Of a stretch of 64,000 bases of DNA, positions 42,230 to 53,262 are shown in pieces. A program made the position numbers and the translations under genes. The notes beneath the pieces are model-generated. The model did no database searches and had not been told where the DNA came from. It worked only from the letters and a program-made list of their open reading frames with translations. Location of the stretch: contig OZ025648.1 in the NCBI GenBank assembly GCA_964019335.1, positions 248,001-312,000 of the forward strand, read 5' to 3'. This DNA comes from Diplonema japonicum. Taxonomy: Eukaryota > Protista > Euglenozoa: Diplonemea. The first letter of the stretch is position 1. Each line of letters opens with the position of its first letter.

Positions 42230-44578
42230 CTAAGTTACAAGGGAGGGTTGTTGAAGTCTTTTGTAAAACGAAGACATGCTGTCTAGAGCACTGTCGATGG
42301 TGGGCTCCTGAACTAGCGAAGCAGCTATCCACTTCGGGAGGAGGTTGGTGATCTTTTCCTGCGCGTATCTATTGTCCAACAGCAGCATCGCTGCGTAGTC
42401 GCCGCGGTGGCGGATGGCACGCCCTATGGACTGGTTCACCGCCTTCATACACATTATGTCCAGGAAGTTTGCGGGGTCCTTGAGAACGGCCTGCTTCTCT
42501 TTAAGGAGTGGGTCTGTGTGGTTGGGATAAGGCAGACCCACCATGATGATGCACCTGCCATAGTCATCCGAGAAGTTAATGCCTTCAGAAAGCTTCCCGC
42601 CGACCACGCACAACAGTACCGCGCCGCCTTCACTGTCGATGCACTGCTGGTACGAAGCAAGCATTTCCATTACGTCGCCCTGCCCGCGCTGCGGCTCTCT
42701 GAATATCTTCTTTATTTTTCTAACTTCATTCAGAAGGCCGACGGCCTCAAGGTGCTTCACAACCTCGTTCTCATACCCATAAGAAGGGAAGAAGGCCACC
42801 ACACCGCCCTTCACACTACTGGCGACCTTCTTGAGCGTGTTGCCAAAGTGGTTCAGGAGGTTCGCATTTGACCTGTTTGAGAAGCGGAAGTCGTACGAGT
42901 TTCCGACAATGATGGGGAGGATGCTTGTCTTGGGGATTACGTGCCCGCACTGGTAGAGCTGGATGGATGAGGGGGGTACTGATGGGAGGAGTTCTTGCAA
43001 CATGTCGGTAACAGGAGACATGGTGCCGCCCGCTAGGATCAGCGACCGTGCCGAGGACACGAGGGGCCGGAAGATGTCGCCTGCGAATATCGACGCCAAG
43101 TGAAGAGTCGGGTTCGCGTCGTCAGGGCTCAGCAGGAGACGGTGGTGCGTCGTGTCCGCGGTGAGCGCCTTCATAACAAAGGCCTCGACGGCGTACATCT
43201 GTGCGACGCTGACCTTGTCCACTTTCTTGAAGCTCGTCTTCGGGTCGCCCTTCGCAAGCTTCTCTTTTGCAAGCTGCTCGTTTGCCCTGATCTCCATCTC
43301 CGCAACGAAGCCTTGAAGCTTCCTGAACAGCTTGCTCTCGCCTGTAAACCTAACAATGTCCAGAACGTTGACGCCCTCGATGCCCGTCGCGAAGCAGAAG
43401 TCGCCTGCTGGCACCACCCGCACGTTGCCTTGCTTCCCGTTCTGTTCCAGCCACGCGGCTATCTTTTTGAGAACGGCGATGAGCTGTCGAAGTTTGATCT
43501 TGTTCTTGACGTGGAGCTTGTTGAGGTACTTCGCGAGGTAAGAGCTGAGCGACTTCACGGTCGTGGTAAGGGTGTGCAGCGACACCACCACGGAGTGCGC
43601 CCCGTTGACGGCATCGATAATGTTGTGCGCCTCGTCCACGATCACGACGTTGTCGGTCAGGTCCAGCCCGAACCCTTTGCGTGCAGCGTCGCTCAGCAGT
43701 CCTGCGTACGGAACCGCTACCACTGACGAGAACGCCACTGCTCTCTTCGTCACGTAGTAAGGACACGCTTTTTCACGCCTGCCTTCTTTGATTAAATCTT
43801 CGATGTCCATGGGTCTGGCGTGGGCTCTGTCAGTGAGCCGTGATAGAGCGCCTTTGTCAACATACGGGCAAGTCGAACCGCCTCCATCTCCGCCAAGCGT
43901 CATGCAAAGGTCGTTAAGGCGTTCACCGCTACCGTTTGCCTTCCGCTGCACCTCATCGTTGATGCAGAGGTGCTGGCGTGCCCCGAGCTGCACACAGCGG
44001 AAATCGGAGTTCTTCCACCAAACAGTTTTCTTGACCTCGTCTATGAACTGCTTGAGCTGCGTGTGCGTGCGTGAAGTGTATATGATCTTAGGAGCTACGT
44101 AGTCCGTGTCTTCATCAGAGGTATCGCTGTCCTGGATAAGGACGGTACGCGACTCATCTGGGTCGTCTAGGACATTGCTTGCCAGGCCTGCTGTGAGGAT
44201 GACACGCTTCTCGCGTCTTGCTTGCTTCCGCCTTCTCTCGGTAACAGCTGCCTTTCGTTCTTCGCGTTCTCTCTTGCGAGATTCTTGCACCACCCAAGCA
44301 GGGAGGCCGGGTGTTGCGGTAGCCTGTTCTTGCTCTCCTGGTTCAACGTCGTCTTCGCCGTTTTCTTCCCGTTCACGATGCACCCTTACCCACTCTAAAG
44401 CACTGTTGATTAGTGACTGTGTTTTGCCTGTTCCAGTGGGGCTTTCCATGATGCCCACTTGCCTGTTTTCCAAGCATGCGTACATGGCCGACATCAGCCC
44501 TTGCTGAATGTCGTACGGTTCGAACGGAAACGGGAATTTCGGGGCATCGGTCCTTGCCGTCTTTGTATCGCCATCCAT
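42230..44578 (-). CDS. DDX11: XPD-family Fe-S DNA helicase DDX11/Chl1
   Basis: FPFEPYDIQ, ESPTGTGKT, YTSRTHTQLKQF, CPYY, VDEAHN, LAGGTMSP, VVGGKLSEGINFSDDYGR, NQSIGRAIRH. Confidence 0.93.
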   Translation of the reverse strand: MDGDTKTARTDAPKFPFPFEPYDIQQGLMSAMYACLENRQVGIMESPTGTGKTQSLINSALEWVRVHREREENGEDDVEPGEQEQATATPGLPAWVVQESRKREREERKAAVTERRRKQARREKRVILTAGLASNVLDDPDESRTVLIQDSDTSDEDTDYVAPKIIYTSRTHTQLKQFIDEVKKTVWWKNSDFRCVQLGARQHLCINDEVQRKANGSGERLNDLCMTLGGDGGGSTCPYVDKGALSRLTDRAHARPMDIEDLIKEGRREKACPYYVTKRAVAFSSVVAVPYAGLLSDAARKGFGLDLTDNVVIVDEAHNIIDAVNGAHSVVVSLHTLTTTVKSLSSYLAKYLNKLHVKNKIKLRQLIAVLKKIAAWLEQNGKQGNVRVVPAGDFCFATGIEGVNVLDIVRFTGESKLFRKLQGFVAEMEIRANEQLAKEKLAKGDPKTSFKKVDKVSVAQMYAVEAFVMKALTADTTHHRLLLSPDDANPTLHLASIFAGDIFRPLVSSARSLILAGGTMSPVTDMLQELLPSVPPSSIQLYQCGHVIPKTSILPIIVGNSYDFRFSNRSNANLLNHFGNTLKKVASSVKGGVVAFFPSYGYENEVVKHLEAVGLLNEVRKIKKIFREPQRGQGDVMEMLASYQQCIDSEGGAVLLCVVGGKLSEGINFSDDYGRCIIMVGLPYPNHTDPLLKEKQAVLKDPANFLDIMCMKAVNQSIGRAIRHRGDYAAMLLLDNRYAQEKITNLLPKWIAASLVQEPTIDSALDSMSSFYKRLQQPSLVT

Positions 44579-44846
44579 ATGTGTCTCCTGGAAAAGAATA
44601 GCTTGCAGGGAAACGGGGGGTGTTAACAATGAACAAAGTACCTTTACATGGGGGGGGGTTTTTTTTGAGACGGAATTTCTTCATTCTTGTCGGAACAAAG
44701 GGACGCATGGCGTGTATATAGACTCTTTCATAGGGTAGGTTTTTTTTTTTTTTTTTTTTCCTTCTTTTTTTTTACTTTTTTTTTCTTTTTCTTTCTTTTT
44801 TTTTTTCTTTTCCCCGTTTAATTCTATCATTTTAGCCATGGATAAA

Positions 44847-44880
<34 letters not shown>

Positions 44881-44997
44881 CGCATCGGTTCGGAAGAAAA
44901 AGAAGGTTTTAAGAAGAAGAAAAAAATGTGTGTAGAAAGAAGGGGGAGAAAAAAAAAGTCAAAGAAAATCAATTACAATTAAGATACCCTCTCACGT

Positions 44998-45504
44998 CTA
45001 TAGCCGCCTGTCATGAAAGTGCAACACAGGTGGCTCGTAAGGAGTGGGAACAATGAGCGAGCTGCCTCGAGGTGGTTCGGTGTCTTGCAGGTGTTGAACG
45101 TAGTGGTCGAACTCAAGAGGGGCTACGTGGAGTGTGAAAGAGACGGCCTTGAGAAAATCCCTCTCAAGGGCGTTCAACGAGGCTGGTGTTATACCCCCAA
45201 TCTTGGCAAAGAATATGTTCGAGTAATATTTATCATCCCTGTACTTTGTGGCCACCAAAACGGCCACCAAAATTAATCTATGTGCGCTACACCTGTCTAC
45301 CCACAGCCCCGTTGCCTCCCCCACCCTGTCTAAATAAATACACGCTAAAACATAGCATTCTTCACTCGCTCCTGAATGCTCTCGAAGTCTTTCCAAGTAG
45401 CTCCGTATAGCTACCTCTCCCTCATCTCCATGAAACCTTGTAGCACCTTCTATGTTCTGTCTTTCGGCGAGCTGCTCTAGCCTGTTCACCACATTCGCAT
45501 ACAT
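44998..45504 (-). CDS. PHO80/U-type cyclin
   Basis: SYLERL...CYVLACIYLDR...HRLILVAVLVATKYRDDKYYSNIFFAKIGGI...LNALERDFL. Confidence 0.9.
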   Translation of the reverse strand: MYANVVNRLEQLAERQNIEGATRFHGDEGEVAIRSYLERLREHSGASEECYVLACIYLDRVGEATGLWVDRCSAHRLILVAVLVATKYRDDKYYSNIFFAKIGGITPASLNALERDFLKAVSFTLHVAPLEFDHYVQHLQDTEPPRGSSLIVPTPYEPPVLHFHDRRL

Positions 45505-45762
45505 AGATTCCTTTTTTTGGGGGGGTGTTTATCAACATAGATATACGTGCGTGCTAAACAATTTTTTTTTTTCAAAAATAAAATTAGTTTAGAAGAATCC
45601 AATAAATTGTTATAATTTTTTTTAAGAAAAAAAACAAAAAACAAAAAACCAAAAAAATAAAATAAAATAAAGGTGGTCGTTGAAGGGAACCTGCAGTATG
45701 TGACAGGATCGCTTAAATAAAACAAAAACCAAAAAAAGAAAACCCAGAAAATGTTTATTGGT

Positions 45763-46392
45763 TTACTTTGCCTCCGCTTCTCTTTTCAGCCGTCCTTCGA
45801 AGGCGGCTCTAGACAGATCGGCTCTAGTCTTGTCGTCTGCGTTCTTGTACAGGTTCTGAAGGAGTTCTTCGGTGGAAGCACCGCTGTCGGCGAGGGATTT
45901 GTGCTGGCCTTGCTTTACTTTCTCGGACCTGTCGAGGCTCTTCCATTCTTCACCACGTTCTTGTTTTACGAGTTTTATCCCGAATTTGTTGTCCTTTTTG
46001 GTTAGAACGCAGGATGAAGGCTTCACGTCGCTGTGAAGCTGCGTCACACCAAGCCGGTAGTTATGCTTCTTCCCCGTCTTATCAGGAACGCCCACAGCGC
46101 TGAAACAGAACGATTCTGTCTGGAAGTCGCAGATAACGTCGTCCGCATCTTTCAAGTTCTCCAAGTCGCACGTCACCTTCACGTAGCCAGCCTCCTCGTA
46201 CCAAGCGTACCTCGCCAGTGTCGTGTACTGCAGATCCTTGTTCAGCGACACCGTCAGCACGCTCATCCTTTTCTCCATCCCTGCAATCGCATCCATCATC
46301 ACCTTCCGGACCTCCGTCCTCGTCGCGCTTTCCAGCAGCCTCTTCATCTCCTCGCAATCCTTCACCAACTCCTCGTATTCCTCCTTGCCCAT
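45763..46392 (-). CDS. CACYBP: Calcyclin-binding protein (CacyBP/SIP)-like: helical N-terminus, CS domain, SGS domain
   Basis: RYAWYEEAGYVKV (CS domain) and LLQNLYKNADDKTRADLSRA (SGS). Confidence 0.75.
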   Translation of the reverse strand: MGKEEYEELVKDCEEMKRLLESATRTEVRKVMMDAIAGMEKRMSVLTVSLNKDLQYTTLARYAWYEEAGYVKVTCDLENLKDADDVICDFQTESFCFSAVGVPDKTGKKHNYRLGVTQLHSDVKPSSCVLTKKDNKFGIKLVKQERGEEWKSLDRSEKVKQGQHKSLADSGASTEELLQNLYKNADDKTRADLSRAAFEGRLKREAEAK

Positions 46393-46510
46393 TGTGGATT
46401 TTTTTATTTCCTTTTGAAGTTTTTTTTTTTTTTTTTTTTTGCTTTTATAAACAATTTAAAACCTTTTTTTTGGGGGGGGAAGGTTAGAACGGCGTCTAAA
46501 GGGGGATGTT

Positions 46511-49432
46511 TCAAGACAGCGGTTGCAGGATGTCATCGAGAGAGTCCAACACACAGGTGTCGGACGAGTCAGAGGAAGGGGAAGAGAAGGTATAGGAAGG
46601 CTGTCGGTTGGTGGCAGCGGCTGTGGTGGTGGTGACGGTTGTGGCTTGCGACAGAACATTCTGGTAGCTGGAGATAGGGAGCATTGTCCCTGCGTGGATG
46701 GAGTCGGTGACCCACGAAGGACCGAGCGTGGTGCGAGGGCGCTTTGAGGGCACGCTGCTAATGTAATAGGTAGGCATCGTGCCGCTTTCTTCGCTGGGCA
46801 AGACAGTCGCGTCCTCGTGCAGTGCCTCGTACATGGCCACTTCGCAGGAACCGTCCTGCGGCTCTGTGGGAAATCCAAGCGTGACACCTGAGAACACCAT
46901 TCCCCCTTCCAAACCAAGCCCCCTCTTCAGGCCTGCAACCCTCGAGCTCCTCTCCATGAGCGTTCCCTTGCTTTCATCATGCTTCACTTGTTTAAGGACC
47001 TCCCTCAAGCTGTCCACTGTGCACTCTGCTGTGTAGCTATCCCCATACTTGTCCATCGTGCGGCTGAAGGTCTCCCGAATGTCAGGAGACGTGTACACCA
47101 TGTACCGTGGGGCGCACGGGATCGGCCTTCTTGCTTTGATCGAATCCAACAGCCAACTATAGTGCAAGACGTACTTGTTGCCGTACTTTTCTGCACGGGT
47201 ATCGTTCCGCTCGATGGCCTCTTCCCAATGCTTCACCTTAGCAGAGGAGGCGGAGGCAGCCAGTTGGTACGTGTTGGCACCAGGGTTGGCTATGACCTCG
47301 CCGCCGTGGGATACGATCAGGGACTCAAGGACAGGTTTGGTCCATTGCGTGTCTGCTTGCAGTATGCAAAGCTTAAGAGGGACACCATTGGGCTTCAGGA
47401 AGGTGGAAACGCCGCAAAGCTCGTCGGGGAGCTCCCTTGACCTCACCGTGTAGTTGACAGGGAGGTTCGTTGCAAGTGAGACGCCAGTTTTCTTCGGTGG
47501 TTTCTTCACCTGTCTTGTGAGCATGTAGTCGTCGCCAAGGTCCTCCGCAAGTTTCCTAGACTTGAAGGACATGTCCATGAGTTCCCGCAGCTTCGCTAGC
47601 GTCATGGCGTCTTCCACGCTCTTGTCGCTTCGGATGTGCCGCACCCTCGGGAACCTCACTGTCCTCCCTACCTTGAACTTCACCGTGTCGTTGAAGGCGT
47701 AGCCTATGATCTCGAGCACAACTGACTTCTGAGGGTCGATCCACAGGTCTGGCAAGTCGTCCGCAGCAGGTGTCCAACCCCCAAGGTGGCTCGGCGGTGC
47801 TGTCTTGTCGTACTTCATCCAATGCGGTTCGAGCCTTTTTAATAGTACCTCAAGCTCCACCTCAGTGTACCCTGTGCCCACCTTCGTGAAGGTGGACCAC
47901 TCATTGGTCTCCTCGTCGTACACGCCGAGCAGGAAGTGCGACACATGCCGCTTCCCGAACTTCGTGCCGTAGTACCCCCCCAGGATCACCAGGTCCATCG
48001 TGTCTGCAAGCCCATCGATGTGGTCACGCTTCAGCTTCAGCCATTTGAGTTTCCTCTCGCCGACTCGGTAAGACGAAGCATTGTTCTTGAGGACGACACC
48101 CTCGTAGGAGTTCGCAACCGCTTCGTCCAGCGCACGGAAGACGTCCTTTGTCGTGCTGACCCTCTTGAAGGGTACTGCTTCGCACACATTCTTAATGGGC
48201 TTGAAGGCCTGCGTCAGGCGTGCCCTGCGCTGGTCGAGTGTGTATTCAGTTAAAACCTCCCCGTTGAGGAGGATGACGTCGAAGGCCATGAAGCAGAACT
48301 GCTCGTCGTTGGTACTGTTGCCCAGGGCAAAGGTCTTGTTTGTACCGAAGGCTTTAAAGCCTTTCAGGGTGTTGTCGTAGACGAGGAACTCACCGTCGAG
48401 GATGCAGTTGTCGCACTTCATGCAGTCCTTGATGGGCTGCTCGAACTTGGGTCCGTACACATCCGTGTAGTCCTTCGTGTTCCTCGTCCAGAACATTGTT
48501 CTGTGCTCGCCAGTTGGAAGCTTCTGGTAGTGCAGCAGCATACGCTCACCATCGTACTTAGGCTCCACGGTGAGCTTCTCGGTAGAAAGCAGCATCTCGA
48601 GCTTCTCCTTTGTGATCAGCGACGCGAGCATGGGCGAAAACGGTTTGAATAAAACCAGGCCGCGGTGATCCTTAGGAAGAAACGAAGGGTCCACGCACTT
48701 CTCACAAACGTGCTTGAGATCGGTGGTGGTGTTGTAGAGCTGCAAGGCGGTGGGGTGGAACTTACCGAGGATGGTGGTGTGCTGGATGTGCATTCGCATG
48801 TCCTTGACCAGAATTCGGATCAGCCACTTCTGTTCCAACGCGTTGGTACTGCGGAGAAGCGTCATAAGAACTGTCTTCTTCTTGTCAGGCGAGGCAGCGA
48901 GGGAAAGGTTGTCGAGCATCGTGTTGATGTCACAGACGGTAAGGCTCTGCTTGTTCTCACCATGCCCACGCTTCACAAGGACTGTGTATACCACGTCACT
49001 GAAATGCGTTGTTGCGAAGTTGCTCTTTGACGGGTCCTTCCACCGCACTAACCTCTGTGCATCTGTGCTGTCAGCAGGGATCTGCAGGATCTGCGTGTAA
49101 TACAACGCAATCTTTGACTCTTTTAAACCATAGGTCAACCTCATCGAGTCAAGATGCGGTATCAGCAGCCTCATGAACGGGTACTGGTCCACCAAAGCAT
49201 CATTGCCGAATCTTTTTCGCACAGCAGCTGCCGTTGACTTCCAAAACGCCTCCAGTACGCCAAGCCTGTCTGTGGATGTCGACTTCCCGATAACCGCCTC
49301 CAACATGCTGCAAAACGTCTTGAAAGGGTACCTTTCGTCAATCCTTTGCAGAACTACCTGCGGTTTCTCCTTCGCGATGTTGCCATTCCCAACTCCGAGC
49401 TCTAAGATGTCAAGGTCTTCGCTCCCGCTCAT
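46511..49432 (-). CDS. LIG4: DNA ligase IV
   Basis: YGLKE, EQKWLIRIL, adenylation motif EPKYDGER, ILDGEF, EGVVLK, WLKLK, VRFPR, and C-terminal BRCT (IVSHGGEV...HYSWLLDS). Confidence 0.9.
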   Translation of the reverse strand: MSGSEDLDILELGVGNGNIAKEKPQVVLQRIDERYPFKTFCSMLEAVIGKSTSTDRLGVLEAFWKSTAAAVRKRFGNDALVDQYPFMRLLIPHLDSMRLTYGLKESKIALYYTQILQIPADSTDAQRLVRWKDPSKSNFATTHFSDVVYTVLVKRGHGENKQSLTVCDINTMLDNLSLAASPDKKKTVLMTLLRSTNALEQKWLIRILVKDMRMHIQHTTILGKFHPTALQLYNTTTDLKHVCEKCVDPSFLPKDHRGLVLFKPFSPMLASLITKEKLEMLLSTEKLTVEPKYDGERMLLHYQKLPTGEHRTMFWTRNTKDYTDVYGPKFEQPIKDCMKCDNCILDGEFLVYDNTLKGFKAFGTNKTFALGNSTNDEQFCFMAFDVILLNGEVLTEYTLDQRRARLTQAFKPIKNVCEAVPFKRVSTTKDVFRALDEAVANSYEGVVLKNNASSYRVGERKLKWLKLKRDHIDGLADTMDLVILGGYYGTKFGKRHVSHFLLGVYDEETNEWSTFTKVGTGYTEVELEVLLKRLEPHWMKYDKTAPPSHLGGWTPAADDLPDLWIDPQKSVVLEIIGYAFNDTVKFKVGRTVRFPRVRHIRSDKSVEDAMTLAKLRELMDMSFKSRKLAEDLGDDYMLTRQVKKPPKKTGVSLATNLPVNYTVRSRELPDELCGVSTFLKPNGVPLKLCILQADTQWTKPVLESLIVSHGGEVIANPGANTYQLAASASSAKVKHWEEAIERNDTRAEKYGNKYVLHYSWLLDSIKARRPIPCAPRYMVYTSPDIRETFSRTMDKYGDSYTAECTVDSLREVLKQVKHDESKGTLMERSSRVAGLKRGLGLEGGMVFSGVTLGFPTEPQDGSCEVAMYEALHEDATVLPSEESGTMPTYYISSVPSKRPRTTLGPSWVTDSIHAGTMLPISSYQNVLSQATTVTTTTAAATNRQPSYTFSSPSSDSSDTCVLDSLDDILQPLS

Positions 49433-49562
49433 GTTCCTTCAAGATGTGCGGGGCGGCGCAAAGAGAAAAAGAGGGAAATACCGGCAATACAAAGTCAAGA
49501 AAACAAGCAGTAAGAGAAAGAACAAGAGCATTCGAAGAGCCGTCTAATACGCTGTATTATCT

Positions 49563-51522
49563 TTATGTGTGGCTTGGGTTCAAACAGTAGCACTGTTTCA
49601 GCTTCCCGGGAGCTGGATCACCTTCGAATAACGCGTTCGTGCACTCAATCTCCAAGGGCCCCGTCTGCGGGTTTTCTTTTTTCTCTTTTGGTTTGACCCA
49701 TACCTTATGATGGAATCCCTCGCACTTTTTGTCAGGGGAATCGCAAAGCCACGCACCGAATCGCACCTCAGTGTCACACTTGCAAGTGCTTCCTTCCTCG
49801 GCACAAGGTTGCCACCTACCAAAATCTGTGTGTCAGTACACTGTTCCACACTGTTGCATACTTTGACACGACGGATTTCCCCGGCGGGCAGTGGAAGATC
49901 AACGCATGCACCCTTCGCATGGCGTTGGGCTTCAAGTAATGGAAGGAAACCACCTCGGTGCTCATTGCCTCCATACCTTCCTTAAGATCGATGGTGTACT
50001 CCTTGTACCAATCCTTCTTGTAGTTAGCTGCCCGGTATGCGTAGTGCAGGTCTGGGGAGAAAGGCATGAAACGCTCTTCGCCATGTTTATCTTTTGTGTC
50101 GTAGGGTTGGATGCCAGCTTCTTTCAAGCACAGGGCAACCTCTCTATCTTCGGAGAAATGACGCAGGTCTGGGTGGCACTCCTTGGAATCCAACTTGGAG
50201 TACAGCACGCTCAGCGATGCCCTATTGAGGACGTACCCTGCACCGCCGGAGTTGAACACCACGCCAACAGGGTCTATGAACCGCCTCCCTAGGAACATGG
50301 GCTTCTTTCCGTTCTCTGAAGCTTTCAAGATCTCGCTGCTACCGACGTATGATCGGAGGTTGGGCACCATCACGTAGAGGTCGTCACCGCCGATGACGAA
50401 CCAGTCGAAGTCGAAGGTCCCCTCGTCCTGCATAGCGCCTACGTAACCCCAGATGGATCTTGACTTCTGCCACATGTTCATGTACTCCTCTTTTCCCTTG
50501 TGGAACACGCGCAGCATCTGCTGTTCACCATCCGTGTCTGTCGCCATGAACAGCAGCCCGTCGCACTCCGGACCGTACGTCGCCATCACCGCTTGCATCG
50601 CTTCCACCCGCGTGCTCATTGTGTACACTAAGCACAGGATACGCGGTGACGCCACCTTTGGCGAGATGGCAACCTTGCCAAGTAGCTTTTCATTAGCGTC
50701 ATGTCGGTGGGTGCATGCCGACTCCAACTGTTGAGGTTGTTATAACCATGCACGGAACACGCTGCATACCGGGTTAGGCCGCTTCCCATCTGGGTACTTC
50801 GCTGCCATTCTTTTGTGCAGCGCACTTGGATCGACGCTAGCCTCTTTCCGCATTAGCTTCACTTGATCCATGATCGCACCCCCTATGAGGGGCGACTCAA
50901 CTGCAGCTTCTTTGGTGGTCTTTTGTTGCAGTTTAGCTAGTTCTTGAACCTTCGCTTGTTCGTTTACCGCGTCAGTCTTGACGCTGAGGGAGCTGCCAGA
51001 GGTTTCCGAGGACTGGCAGAGCTTGCAGGAAACCTTGCATGTTTTCTGAAGAGTTGGATCAGTAAGGCACATGCCTTGCTGTGCTCGCTTTTCGCAGTCG
51101 GGTAGCTGATCGGTGCACTCGCCACTCTGAGGAAAAAATGGGTTGAAAGGAAAAAAGAAAATCCATACCAACAAGCAGGGCGCCTCCGAAGAGACGTCGG
51201 CACGGCACTCGCAGCGCTTTCTCTTCATTGGGACGGGGTCTTTTCCGAAGGCTGCCGTGTCGCAGACCAACCTTTTAGCATCGCACACTTTCCGTTCTGT
51301 CCACACACCTTCCACACCGTACCGCACCACCTTCCCTTGCCCGCATGAGCAGACTTCCCCTTGGGCACCGCATCCTACCCACGGCTCATGGTCCAACACA
51401 CCCTCAGGTGGCACTGATACACCAACCAGCCTACTAGCCACCAACCACCACACAACAATGCTCCCCAGAATCACACAGGCCATCACTGCCCGCAGGTTCG
51501 TCGTCTTCTTTCCATGAGCCAT
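49563..51522 (-). CDS. Type II membrane GT31 (C1GALT1/T-synthase-like) beta-1,3-galactosyltransferase with ShKT domain and two small Cys-rich modules
   Basis: RILCLVYT, NMWQKSRSIW, IGGDDLY, FNSGGAGYVL, EDREVALCL, SFHY; introns 51127..51168, 50728..50769, 49816..49861 and probably an in-frame one near 49665-49703. Confidence 0.85.
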
Positions 51523-51638
51523 TTGACCCCTCCTGAAATGTCATGTGTAACCATTGTTTTAAGAAAGACCTTGCAACCCACCCAAGAAAAAGGGAGTCGC
51601 TTTGAGCAAACACTCAAACTAAACGGAACTAATGGTCA

Positions 51639-53024
51639 TCACAGCTCCTCGTCCTTGTCCGATGATGATGGTCCGGAGGCAATCTCATCAAGAAAGGTAA
51701 GGAAACGTGACTTAACACGGTTGGCGTGGTCAGTAAAGTCGACACGTTTTTCGTCAGTGAAGGCGGCGATGGTAGGATAGCCTGAGATTTTAAATCTGTC
51801 AACCAGGATGTCCTCCTTTTCGCCATTCACCTGTCCAATGGCGTATCGTGAGTGATCGGCAGTGATCTCAGCAGCAAGGGCTTTGATTTCAGGTGCAACG
51901 CGCTTGCAGAACCCACACCCCGGGGCGTAAAACACAACGAGCCAGATCCTGCCGTCGGTTGTCAATCTGTCGAAGGTGTCGTCAGCAAGGTCGTACAACC
52001 CGCTGTCAGCTTGCGTGGCTGCACTTTCTGCATCCTTCTCTACGGTAAGTCCTTCAAGGAATTCCACGAACTGCGCCTTGTAACGGTTGGCATGGTCCGT
52101 GAAATCCTCGCGTTTACCGGAAGGCTTGACCCCGATGATGGTGGGGTACCCAGTGATCTTGTGTTCGGCTGCAAGGGACGTCTCCTCATCACAGTTCACC
52201 CGCCCGACAGCGTAGCGAGAATGCTGCGACGTGATCTGATGGCCAAGCGCTTCAAGCTCAGGCTTTAGAATCTTGCAAAAACCGCACCCTGGCGAGTAGA
52301 ACACAACAAGCCAGTACCTGCCGTCTGAGGTTAGCTTGCTGTAGTTTTCTTGAGTTAGATCGCGGACACCCGGAACAGCCGCAAGGGATTCTTCAGAGTC
52401 CGGCTTGAAGTGGTCATGGAGATCAGGGAATTCCGAAGCAACCTTCCAATCGGCGTCGCCAGCAATAGCGACAAGCGTGCTCCGCAGTATCGACCCGTCT
52501 TTGATAAGATCAATCATGGCTTCGAGGCGGGTGGGCTGAGAGGCCCTGGCCGCCATCACATCCCAGTAGTAGTATATCCTTGTCAAGGCCTGTCTGACGG
52601 ATGCGCTCATGGCAGCCGTGCCCCCGTCGATCTCGTAGGGGGTGTTATCTGCGATGAACCTCAGAAACCCATTCAAGACCCTGTTGTTGTGCTCTTTGTA
52701 CTCCACGATTTCACCCTCATTCGTGAACATCACGACAGCAGGGTATTTCTGCGGGATCTCTGCCGGGAGCTTTACCTCGCTGCTCTTCGCCTTCCCGATG
52801 TGAAGATCTTTGAACCTGTTTCCTGCTTTGATGCCCAACGCCTTCCATTCAGGTTCCAACATTTTGCAGTAGCTGCAACCTTCCAAGTACACGGCAACCA
52901 TCCACCATCCATCAAGCTCGTCGAAGTTGGTTACCTGTTCCACATTCTCCATGTCTTCGCTCATCCCATTCACAGTCAACGCACAAAACAGTACCACGCT
53001 TGCCCATATCACTTTTATGGCCAT
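51639..53024 (-). CDS. Protein disulfide isomerase-like protein, three thioredoxin domains (CSYC, CGFC, CGFC), C-terminal DEEL
   Basis: Signal peptide from MAIKVIW; three CxxC motifs with (G/K)YP cis-Pro loops; ER-retention-like end. Confidence 0.88.
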   Translation of the reverse strand: MAIKVIWASVVLFCALTVNGMSEDMENVEQVTNFDELDGWWMVAVYLEGCSYCKMLEPEWKALGIKAGNRFKDLHIGKAKSSEVKLPAEIPQKYPAVVMFTNEGEIVEYKEHNNRVLNGFLRFIADNTPYEIDGGTAAMSASVRQALTRIYYYWDVMAARASQPTRLEAMIDLIKDGSILRSTLVAIAGDADWKVASEFPDLHDHFKPDSEESLAAVPGVRDLTQENYSKLTSDGRYWLVVFYSPGCGFCKILKPELEALGHQITSQHSRYAVGRVNCDEETSLAAEHKITGYPTIIGVKPSGKREDFTDHANRYKAQFVEFLEGLTVEKDAESAATQADSGLYDLADDTFDRLTTDGRIWLVVFYAPGCGFCKRVAPEIKALAAEITADHSRYAIGQVNGEKEDILVDRFKISGYPTIAAFTDEKRVDFTDHANRVKSRFLTFLDEIASGPSSSDKDEEL

Positions 53025-53262
53025 ATGTATGGAATGTGTGAGATTTTCAAAGGGCAAGGTCCTGTTGGCAACTGTTGAAGGTTGAGGGACGTTTAGGAAG
53101 AAGGAATAAAAAAGGGGGGAAACTGTTTTAGGGGAAAAGGAAAGACAAGGGAGATTAATAAACTGGAAATAAAAGCCATCTAGGTGGGTCATTAGGGGGC
53201 GGGGGAATGGTGTAAATGAAGAAAAGAAATAGAACAGAAGAAGAAGAGAAAAAAAAACTAAC

